Below, one piece after another: positions 10,093 to 18,523 of a stretch of 64,000 nucleotides of DNA. The position numbers were made by a program, and so were the translations under genes. The notes beneath the pieces are model-generated. The model was not told the origin of the DNA, ran no database searches, and saw nothing but the letters and a program-made list of their open reading frames with translations. Source of the stretch: an uncultured Acidobacteriota bacterium (GTDB taxonomy: Bacteria; Acidobacteriota; Terriglobia; Terriglobales; Acidobacteriaceae); the NCBI GenBank assembly GCA_963735505.1, contig CAVTLR010000007.1, positions 323,807 through 387,806 on the forward strand, read 5' to 3'. The first letter of the stretch is position 1; every line of letters begins with the position of its first letter.

Positions 10093-10604
10093 CTAGTGGA
10101 TCCTGCGCCGCCGTGACGGGCCGAGACCGAATAGATCAAAATGACCGCGTAAAAAGCAGACGGTGGCCAGCACATTCTAGCGGCGTCCATAGTCCGGCGC
10201 GAATACAAGGGGATGGTGGCCAGGAAGGCTGCCTTGGGTAACATGCTTTCGCCAAAGTTATAGTGCGTGCGCCGTCGACCGGTGATGCACGAAAGCCTGG
10301 CACCGTCTGGGCACATTGTGAGGATAGGCCGTCTACAAATTGGTGCCGATACTGCGTTCGTGGGAAGCACGTGACCATCTCTGTGCGGATTGTCGTCAAT
10401 CAAATTGGTGGCCGTCAGAGGCGTCGCCGAAATGGTGGACACAATAGACACTCTAACGCGTGTCGTCGGATAACAGATAATGGAATGCCTCCACAAGCGT
10501 TCGACGGGCCTTTGTCTCTAACTTCCCGTTACTGCGAAGTTCGGCCTCATACAACCATGCGAATGATTTGGGCTAGCCCCACATTTACACTAGAATCATT
10601 GGAG

Positions 10605-13352
10605 ATGCTACGCGGAATTCTCTCTCTGATTGCAGCGCTATCGCTTCTGTGTGCAGGCTCAATGGTGGTGAACGCCCAAACCCAGGGTGGAACCCTGTCG
10701 CCACTCACCACGGATTGTTCCAGCCCTGCCAGCGCATTTTTGCCAGAGTGTGCCGGTTTAGCGGCTAGTCCCTACGCCTCTGGCCAGTCCTACACGAACG
10801 GCACTCCCGGTCAAACCTCGAATGGGCAGGGGATGTACGGGGGCGCCTCCCAGATCCAATCCGTTTCCCCGCTTGGTGAAAGTGGAAATGGTGCCAATCA
10901 ACGAATCCCGACGTACGTCGATCAAGTTCCGTTTGGGAACTCGAGCGGGAATCTATATAACCCATATCTGGGTTTGGCGCGCAAACAATCGCTGACGGAA
11001 TTTCAGCGAGTTGTAGCCGGTTCTGTGGGAGAGATCCTGCCCATTTTTGGGGCCAATCTGTTTTCCAACATCGCAGCCGGTTTGGCACCCATCGATCGTA
11101 CGCCGGTGACCTCGAACTATGTCGTCAACACGGGCGATCAACTACTGATCCGCGTATGGGGTCAAGTCAATTTCAATGTCCATGCGACTGTCGATCGCTC
11201 CGGAGATATTTACATCCCGCAGGTCGGCAACATTGAGGTGGCTGGACTCCATTTCGAGCAGCTGGACGGATATTTGAGAAATCAGCTCGGACGCGTCTAT
11301 CGCAACTTCGACCTAAGCGTGAATATGGGGCAGTTGCGATCCATCCAGATTTATGTGGTTGGGAATGCGCGCCAGCCAGGAAGCTATACCGTAAGTTCAC
11401 TCAGCACTCTGGTGAATGCACTGTTTTTTTCCGGCGGCCCATCTGAACAAGGATCGATGCGGCGAATTGATCTGAGGCGCAACGGAAAAGTCGTCACGAC
11501 TTTCGACTTGTACGATCTGTTGATCTACGGCGACAAATCACACGACGTGCCGCTGTTGCCCGGGGATGTCATCTACATTCCTCCGGTAGGGCCAGAAATT
11601 GCTGTAGCCGGTAGCATCCATGTACCCGCAATCTATGAATTGAAGGGATCCGAAACAGTGAGTCAGGCGATCGCCCTGGCGGGTGGCCTGGCGACGATGG
11701 CATCCAAGCAGGATGCGCAATTGGATCGGATCAATTCCCAAGAGGCACGCCAGACGGTCCAGATCACCTTGAACACCGCGGGGATGGAGACGCCTCTTCG
11801 CGACGGGGATATCTTACGCATTTCAGCAATCGTGCAGCAGTTTGACCAAACGGTAACGCTCCGGGGGAATGTTGCCAACCCGGGGAGATATCGCTGGACG
11901 CCGGGAATGCGGATTGCAGACCTGATCCCGGATAAGGATGCCCTGCAGACGCGTGGATACTGGCAACGCAGAATTGCTCTTGGCTTGCCCGCCCCAGAAT
12001 ATACTCCGCTGTTTTCGGCATATCAGGCCACCCTGCCAAGCCCGTTTGCGCCGAGTGCTGCGTCGTCGAACTCAAGTGAGTCGGGGACGAATGGCAGCGA
12101 TTACGCCACCGGTACTTCTTTAGCAGGAACTCAGAATGAGGAATCGACCCAACGGACTCCAGTTGCCGGGCAGCCATCGCAGGCACAAGGCGGGGAATCC
12201 GGCGCGGCGGGGCAGACCGCGAATTCATCCTCCAACCAGACTTCGACGGTTACTAGTCCTACCCCCGACGAGGCCATCCGTGCCTCCGCCGTACGAACCA
12301 ATTCGACTCCAGAACTCCGCTATTTCCCACCTGGGGACCGCTTTTCCCAGGGACAATTTCCGATCAAGAATGAACTTCTTCGCATCGCTCCCAGCATCGA
12401 CTGGAACTATGCCGTCATTCAGAGGACAGATCCCCACACATTGGAGACCTCTCTTGTTCCTTTCAGCCTGGGAAAGGTGGTTCTCCAGCACGATGAATCG
12501 CAGGATCTAGCATTGGAGCCAGGTGATGTAGTCACTGTGTTCTCGACCGCTGACATTCAAGTTCCGCAGGCACAACGCGTGAAATATGTCAGCCTGCAAG
12601 GTGAGATTGTCCATGCAGGAATTTATAGCGTCGCCCCTGGAGAAACGTTGCGAGATCTAGTTGAACGTGCCGGAGGGCTGACACCGAAAGCGTATCTCTA
12701 CGGTTCGGAGTTTCTACGGGAGTCGACGCAACGAATTCAGCAGGCAAGACTGAATCAATACGTAAATTCCCTTGAGCAGGATATTCAGCTCTCCGGCGCG
12801 AATGCGGCAGGCTCGCTGGTGAATCCAACCGGAGCGGCAGCATTGGGAACAAGCCTACAAAGTCAGCGGGATTTGATTACCACGCTTCGCAAATTGCGAG
12901 CAACGGGCCGCATCGTTTTAAGCCTGAATCCTTACAGCCACGGCGTCGATGCATTGCCGGATCTGACATTGGAAGATGGCGATCAATTTGTTGTTCCTGT
13001 CACGCCTGCAACGGTGAACGTTGTAGGCGCCGTGTACGACCAGAATTCTTTCCTGTACCGGCATGGGCAGCATGTGGAAGATTATCTGCGGGCTGCCGGT
13101 GGAACCACGCGCAATGCAGACAAACGCCACGAGTTTGTCATCCGCGCAGACGGTTCCGTAATCAGCAAACAAACCGCAGGCGGAACACTGTTTGCCGGTG
13201 GATTTGGCGGCAAACCCGGGTATCCAGGGGACACCGTCGTGGTGCCGGAGAATGTCAACAAGACAACGATTCTACGCGGGCTGACGGACTGGTCGGCGGT
13301 ATTTTCTCAATTCGGGTTGGGAATCGCAGCTCTAACGGTGCTTGGGTTGTAG
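10605..13352 (+). CDS. outer-membrane polysaccharide export protein (Wza/OPX-like, multiple SLBB domains)
   Basis: The listed ORF from 10263 has an Arg/Cys-rich, non-protein-like N-terminus. Met at 10605 gives the signal peptide MLRGILSLIAALSLLCAGSMVVNAQ. There are repeated SLBB-type turns (GDQLLIRVWG, LLPGDVIYIPP, LRDGDILRI, LEPGDVVTVF, LEDGDQFVVP, YPGDTVVVP) and a hydrophobic C-terminal helix as in Wza. Confidence 0.8.
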   Translation: MLRGILSLIAALSLLCAGSMVVNAQTQGGTLSPLTTDCSSPASAFLPECAGLAASPYASGQSYTNGTPGQTSNGQGMYGGASQIQSVSPLGESGNGANQRIPTYVDQVPFGNSSGNLYNPYLGLARKQSLTEFQRVVAGSVGEILPIFGANLFSNIAAGLAPIDRTPVTSNYVVNTGDQLLIRVWGQVNFNVHATVDRSGDIYIPQVGNIEVAGLHFEQLDGYLRNQLGRVYRNFDLSVNMGQLRSIQIYVVGNARQPGSYTVSSLSTLVNALFFSGGPSEQGSMRRIDLRRNGKVVTTFDLYDLLIYGDKSHDVPLLPGDVIYIPPVGPEIAVAGSIHVPAIYELKGSETVSQAIALAGGLATMASKQDAQLDRINSQEARQTVQITLNTAGMETPLRDGDILRISAIVQQFDQTVTLRGNVANPGRYRWTPGMRIADLIPDKDALQTRGYWQRRIALGLPAPEYTPLFSAYQATLPSPFAPSAASSNSSESGTNGSDYATGTSLAGTQNEESTQRTPVAGQPSQAQGGESGAAGQTANSSSNQTSTVTSPTPDEAIRASAVRTNSTPELRYFPPGDRFSQGQFPIKNELLRIAPSIDWNYAVIQRTDPHTLETSLVPFSLGKVVLQHDESQDLALEPGDVVTVFSTADIQVPQAQRVKYVSLQGEIVHAGIYSVAPGETLRDLVERAGGLTPKAYLYGSEFLRESTQRIQQARLNQYVNSLEQDIQLSGANAAGSLVNPTGAAALGTSLQSQRDLITTLRKLRATGRIVLSLNPYSHGVDALPDLTLEDGDQFVVPVTPATVNVVGAVYDQNSFLYRHGQHVEDYLRAAGGTTRNADKRHEFVIRADGSVISKQTAGGTLFAGGFGGKPGYPGDTVVVPENVNKTTILRGLTDWSAVFSQFGLGIAALTVLGL

Positions 13353-13361
13353 GTCGTCAGC

Positions 13362-14649
13362 ATGACTATGCCAACAGATACGAATTCGGAGTCGGCCCTG
13401 ATGGATGGAACCTATCCGGACGGAATCTCATCGAAGCCCGGAGGCAGTCCTGACGACTCTGTGGACCTGCTGGGACTGGCACTGCTGTTAGCAGCGCGAA
13501 AGCGATTTATCCTTCTGTTCAGTTTCGTGGTTGCAGTGCTGACGGCAATCGTTGTACTTATTGTGCCCGTATCGTTTACTGCGACGACGACGATAATGCC
13601 TCCTCGTCAGCAGGAAAGTTCTGCGATGGCAATGTTAGGCCAGCTCAGCGGGCTCGCGTCGCTTGCCGGAGGTGGCGCTAGCAGCGCCCTGGGATTGAAG
13701 AACCCGGACGATCTCTACATCGGACTGCTGCAAAGTGAGCATGTCATGGATGGAATCGTCCAGCGTTTCGACCTGATGAAGATCTATAACAAAAAGCTAT
13801 TAACGGATGCGCGCAAGGTTTTGAAGTCGAACACGAAGATTCAATCGGAGAAAAGCTCTCTCATTAGCATCTCCGTTCAAGACCATGATGCCAAGACGAG
13901 CAGCGGCGATGGCCAATGCATACGTGGATCAGTTGCATGATCTGATGTCCCATCTTGCTGTAACGTCAGCTGCCCAACGCCGGATCTTTTTTGAGCAGCA
14001 GGTGAACCAGGAGAAGGAGAAGCTCGCTGACGCGGAAGTTGCCCTGGAAAAGACCGAATTGAAAACCGGGATCATTCAGCCGCAGGGACAGGCCCAGGCC
14101 GTCATCGCCACCATCATGCAAGTTCGGGCTCAAATCTCCGCTAGCGAAGTAGAGTTAGGAGCACTTCGCACCTCCTCCACCGATCAGAATCCGGAAGTCA
14201 TCAGATTGCAATCTCAAATTGCTGGCTTGCGGGCGCAGCTTGCCGACTTTGAAAAAGGCCATCCCCAGTCCGCATCGATGGCGGGAAATGTCCTGACTCC
14301 CACTTCAGAAGTACCTGCGGCAAGCCTCGAATATCTTCGCGGTATGCGCGATGTCCGTTATCAGGAAACGCTGTTTGAATTCATGACGCGACAATACGAA
14401 ATGGCGAAGGTCGACGAGGCCAAGCAGAGCCAGATCATTCAGGTGGTTGATCCTGCATTAGTTCCCGAGAGGCGCTCCTGGCCTCCGCGTACGCTACTGA
14501 CGCTGCTTGCTTTCTTTCTGGCTGCCATGGCTGCCAGCTTCTGGGTGATTCTGCAGGCAGCCTTCAAAGACCGGATGGAAAATCCAGAGGACGCAGACAA
14601 GGTACGTCAGTTGCGCCAACTTTTACGATTTCGCAATCATCATTCATAA
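13362..14649 (+). pseudogene. Wzz/GumC-like polysaccharide co-polymerase (chain-length determinant) interrupted by a +1 frameshift near 13896
   Basis: ORF 13362-13940 covers the N-terminal TM segment and Wzz domain (...SLISISVQDHDAK). ORF 13885-14649 continues with ...RAAAMANAYVDQLHDL, a coiled coil and a C-terminal TM segment. Deleting one nt at about 13896 joins them into one protein. There is no Walker A/B kinase domain. Confidence 0.75.
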
Positions 14650-15035
14650 TGCGGAAATTGCTTATCTTTGCTTCTTCTATCTCGACGAATACAAACGTCT
14701 GATACCGTTATGTTTCATTTTAATAAAATCGAGAATAATTTCGTCTCACAATCGTAGAATGTCCTTGAATCGCTATTGTGGCGCGGTGTAAATTTAACCA
14801 GCGTCAACTAAATGTCCGGAACCAGACCCCTGACCATCTGCGGTTGCCGGTTTGCAAAAAATGTCCTTCATGCCTTGCACAAATGGATACGACTGCATCT
14901 AACAACGGTATCGCGCCTCGAACGGGCCGGATGGTTGGAAATGGAGTGCTTCCAATTGGGGATGCCAAGGCATAGACTCTAGGAAGCCTTAAACATTTAA
15001 GATCGTCTGTTCGATGAACGCGGAGATCACAGACT

Positions 15036-15896
15036 TTGAGTAGCGAACCGTATCTTCCCTCTTCGCCCGAATATATTGCCGGAACGCCTTTACGGGTCAG
15101 GCACGGAGGCACCCCATGGCTGGTTCCAAGCGGCCGGCGGGCCGAAACTGAAAGCCCTTTCCAGCACCAGGCCCTCCATCTAAGGCACAGTTCCTGGTGC
15201 GCCTCGATTTGGAAGCGGGCCTTTGACTTGCTATGCATCGTTCCGGGACTGATTCTTATTTCTCCCGTTTTGGGAATCATCGCAATTGCAGTTCGCCTGA
15301 CATCTCCTGGACCCATCATTTTTCGTCAACAGCGCGCGGGCCAGAATCGCAAACTGTTCACAATCTACAAATTTCGTACGATGGTGGAAAACTCTGAAGC
15401 CATTGGTCCCGGACACACGGCAAAGGGGGACCCGAGAGTGACGTCGGTTGGGCGTGTGCTGCGACGGTTCAAGCTCGACGAGCTTCCCCAACTGTACAAC
15501 GTGTTGCGGGGGGATATGAGCCTGGTCGGTCCGCGACCGAAATTGCCCAATCATGACCCGGCCCCGATGGCGTGCCGCCCGGGAGTGACTGGGGCCGCAA
15601 CGCTTGCATTCCGCCACGAAGCACGCATCTTATCCAACGTGGCGGCGGATCGGATCGAGGGCTTCTATCAGCAGTACATCGGTCCACGAAAATTGCGGTT
15701 GGACAGCGAATATATGGAACGCGCGACGCTCTTATCGGATATCCGTGTGCTGCTTGCGACCGTGCTGCGAGTGGGTGAGCACATTACCCACGAGGACCTG
15801 GTCAGATCCAAATCTGCCATGCTAATTTTGCGAGAGCCAAGTGGCCTGAAGTCCGACCCAACACCCATCGGTACTGCGGTCGGAAATAACAGCTAG
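15036..15896 (+). CDS. undecaprenyl-phosphate sugar-1-phosphate transferase (bacterial sugar transferase family, priming enzyme)
   Basis: Motifs WKRAFDLLC, SPGPIIFRQQRAGQNRKLFTIYKFRTM, DPRVTSVGRVLRRFKLDELPQLYNVLRGDMSLVGPRP. The listed start is TTG, and the first ~55 aa look non-conserved, so the true start is uncertain. Confidence 0.85.
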   Translation: MSSEPYLPSSPEYIAGTPLRVRHGGTPWLVPSGRRAETESPFQHQALHLRHSSWCASIWKRAFDLLCIVPGLILISPVLGIIAIAVRLTSPGPIIFRQQRAGQNRKLFTIYKFRTMVENSEAIGPGHTAKGDPRVTSVGRVLRRFKLDELPQLYNVLRGDMSLVGPRPKLPNHDPAPMACRPGVTGAATLAFRHEARILSNVAADRIEGFYQQYIGPRKLRLDSEYMERATLLSDIRVLLATVLRVGEHITHEDLVRSKSAMLILREPSGLKSDPTPIGTAVGNNS

Positions 15897-16013
15897 CCAC
15901 CCCATCGATACGTTCAGCCTCCGCCAGAATTTCAAGCGGGAATGCCAGCGAATCGTTCGAATGTGGCTAGCCGCGGGTCCACTTCCGTGGATTCCGCGAT
16001 TCTGTGATGTCGA

Positions 16014-18410
16014 CTATTCTCCCATGCCGCAGGTAGCGGCCTGGTCGACGTCTGCTGGTCTCAGTTGCGGATTGGCAAGCAGGTCGGATGCCGATGAACA
16101 CGCGGCGGGAACGGCACTGAAATCGTCCCACGCCAGCTGGTAATTTCTGGTCGGCAAATTATTCGCCGCAGCAAACTGATTGCGCGCCGCAGCGATTGCG
16201 TTCACCCACTCTCCAAACGGAAGGAGTTTCTCGCGATAGACGAGGTAGGACATATCGATGGTTCGATCGGGAAGGTGATCTTTCACATCATCCAATTCAT
16301 GCAAGAATTGACGTCCGTTCGCCTCTTCAACACGTGGAAACCATCGCTCATCCCAGGTTGCAATGGAATTCTTCAGGACCTCGTTTCGCTGCTGCCAGAT
16401 CGATGTTGCGGTGTCCAGCGCACTATCGACTACGGCGAGTGCCTGCTTTGGGTCTTTCTCCTTCGCATGCGAGGCGGATGAGAGATCGACATCCATGCGA
16501 TGGATGCCCGCAATCATCGACAGATTCTGGCGGCAAAGATCCGCGATTGTGAGATAGACCTGGAGGTTATACCGATTGAACTGGGCGCGCTGAATATTCT
16601 CGTGCAGCAACCCAAGCAACAACTGGTTCTGCTGCTCGGCTTGCAGGGCAAGCGCGATCCTTCTGGAATTATCTTTCGACCAGGTTGACGAATAATCCAA
16701 GGCGTTATTGGGAATGGGTGGCAGCGGTAGTGTCTGATCGTGCGCTGGGTGTGATGGATTGAAGATTGCATACGACGATCCCCATATCGGCTTTCGTGCT
16801 TTCGATTCCATTGGGTCCCAGCTGTCATTCCACGATTGCGCCTGATCGCTCATGAACTGATACACGCGATCCATGTTGACCACGTTCGCGCCATAGAATA
16901 AGGAGTAAAACGTGCTCGACAATTCCGGAGCGCTCGGCACTCCTGGATGCCAACCCGCCGCGGCACCGGCTACATACCCTAACCAGAAAGTCTCCGGATT
17001 CACGCCTTCATCCGCCCAGCCCGCGTCTACCTCACCGATCACGTTGGTATTCACGCGGGAAGAGTCGAAGGAGATTTTCTTCACGATGTCGTCCACTCTT
17101 GGCAGGCCGGGATTGTCTGCGAACTCGTCGTTTAATGCGCCCTGCAGACGATCGCTCTTAGGAAGGATGAAGTAGTCTGGAAACAGCTTTTCTTCGCCTT
17201 CTGTCGACGTGAAAATCATTTGGCGAATGCCGCGTTGATGGAATGCTTTGTCGTAGGCGGGTCCGTAAGTTTCGCCGTTGATGACGTATGTCGGCAGAGA
17301 CGCCAGATCGCTGGGCTTCATCGGATACTCGCCCCAGAAAATTACATTTCGTCCCTGGTCGTGCAGGTAGCCACCCGCTTTGTCGACGAAATTCGCAAAC
17401 ACCTTCCCTGCGGAACCTAACTGCTTCGCCAGATTTGCTTCATTGCACTGTGAGTTATGTGCGAGGCCGAGATAATAGGGCTCGTCCGTGGATAGATAGA
17501 AATACTTCACTCCTTTGTTGGCATTGAGTAAGTCCTGATACATGCCCTCCAGCAGTTTGTAAGAAGCTGGATTGGTGGAACAAATCTCATAGTTACTGTC
17601 AGGATATTCGCGCAACTTTTGGTATTCCGGGTGTTTCAAGATAAAAGCGATGTGGGCCGGTCCATCCAAATAAGGAATCAACTGGATGTGATAGCGCAGG
17701 CCATAGTTGGTCAGATCCTGAAGCTCCGCTGGACTTAGGGCATAGGGTTCGACAACCGCTGGAGCGCTCTTATATTGGAAGTGCCCATTGAGCTTGATGA
17801 CAAAGCCGTTGATCTTATAAAACGCGGCCTGCCGCAGATCGCGCTTCAACTCGTCTATATGCTCAAGGTGATGATTGTCGTCCCAGTAGATATGACGAAG
17901 TTGCAGATCCGGCCAATCGACAATGCTGCCTTCAGGGAACCAAAGCGTCCCCATGTCGCGACGAAGCAGCTGGATCAGAGTTTCAACACCGTAAAACAAT
18001 CCGGTTGAGGAATTCGCTGTAATCCTGATAGCCCTTTGCCGCATGTCGATGCGATACGCCTGGTGTTCAATAGACTTTTTGTTCGAATCCAAGGCCCCAC
18101 CAACGGGGACACTACCTTGCTGGATACGTAACGTGAGGATTCCTCCACCGTTGCCGCCCGAACCCAGCTGTATGTTGAATCTGTTGACCAGATCTTCACG
18201 AAGGACATCGACCGCAATATCGTCTTTCTCAACCCCTCCTGCGAGGCTCAGCTGCCACGACGAATTGAAGGAGAAATTGGAAGCGCCAAGAGAAACCTTT
18301 TGCGGATCCGGAATCACGGTGTACCCGCGGGCGAATAGCGGCGACACGGTCTGAGCCGGCGCCAATGAACAACATAGGCTCGCAATTGCCGCGATCACCA
18401 AAGCCCTCAT
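16014..18410 (-). CDS. secreted GH20-like glycoside hydrolase (beta-N-acetylhexosaminidase family) with a long C-terminal extension
   Basis: Met at 18410 is preceded by GGAG and gives the signal peptide MRALVIAAIASLCCSLAPAQ. The N-terminal region is GH20b-like (YRIDMRQRAIRITANSSTGLFYGVETLIQLL). A TIM-barrel region carries DWPDLQLRHIYWDD and YFYLSTDEPYYLG (Asp-Glu pair). Confidence 0.7.
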   Translation of the reverse strand: MRALVIAAIASLCCSLAPAQTVSPLFARGYTVIPDPQKVSLGASNFSFNSSWQLSLAGGVEKDDIAVDVLREDLVNRFNIQLGSGGNGGGILTLRIQQGSVPVGGALDSNKKSIEHQAYRIDMRQRAIRITANSSTGLFYGVETLIQLLRRDMGTLWFPEGSIVDWPDLQLRHIYWDDNHHLEHIDELKRDLRQAAFYKINGFVIKLNGHFQYKSAPAVVEPYALSPAELQDLTNYGLRYHIQLIPYLDGPAHIAFILKHPEYQKLREYPDSNYEICSTNPASYKLLEGMYQDLLNANKGVKYFYLSTDEPYYLGLAHNSQCNEANLAKQLGSAGKVFANFVDKAGGYLHDQGRNVIFWGEYPMKPSDLASLPTYVINGETYGPAYDKAFHQRGIRQMIFTSTEGEEKLFPDYFILPKSDRLQGALNDEFADNPGLPRVDDIVKKISFDSSRVNTNVIGEVDAGWADEGVNPETFWLGYVAGAAAGWHPGVPSAPELSSTFYSLFYGANVVNMDRVYQFMSDQAQSWNDSWDPMESKARKPIWGSSYAIFNPSHPAHDQTLPLPPIPNNALDYSSTWSKDNSRRIALALQAEQQNQLLLGLLHENIQRAQFNRYNLQVYLTIADLCRQNLSMIAGIHRMDVDLSSASHAKEKDPKQALAVVDSALDTATSIWQQRNEVLKNSIATWDERWFPRVEEANGRQFLHELDDVKDHLPDRTIDMSYLVYREKLLPFGEWVNAIAAARNQFAAANNLPTRNYQLAWDDFSAVPAACSSASDLLANPQLRPADVDQAATCGMGE

Positions 18411-18523
18411 TCGTATCTCCTCGAAGATATTTCCAGGGTATGCTTCCGGGCGCAATCGCATGCGAGCTGCTCTTAAAGGTTCGTGCTCCCCGTGGCACAC
18501 GCAGCGCGTGGGTAGGTTGCGAG

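Noticed and set aside
10089-10496. 135-aa ORF in the wzx/wza divergent spacer, and the first 114 codons of the listed 10263-13352 ORF.
   Set aside because: The composition is not protein-like. The exporter has a convincing signal peptide only from Met 10605.
10093-15035. JUMPstart/ops (GGCGGTAG) antitermination element in the EPS leader regions.
   Set aside because: There is no exact ops octamer on either strand of 10093-10604 or 14650-15035.
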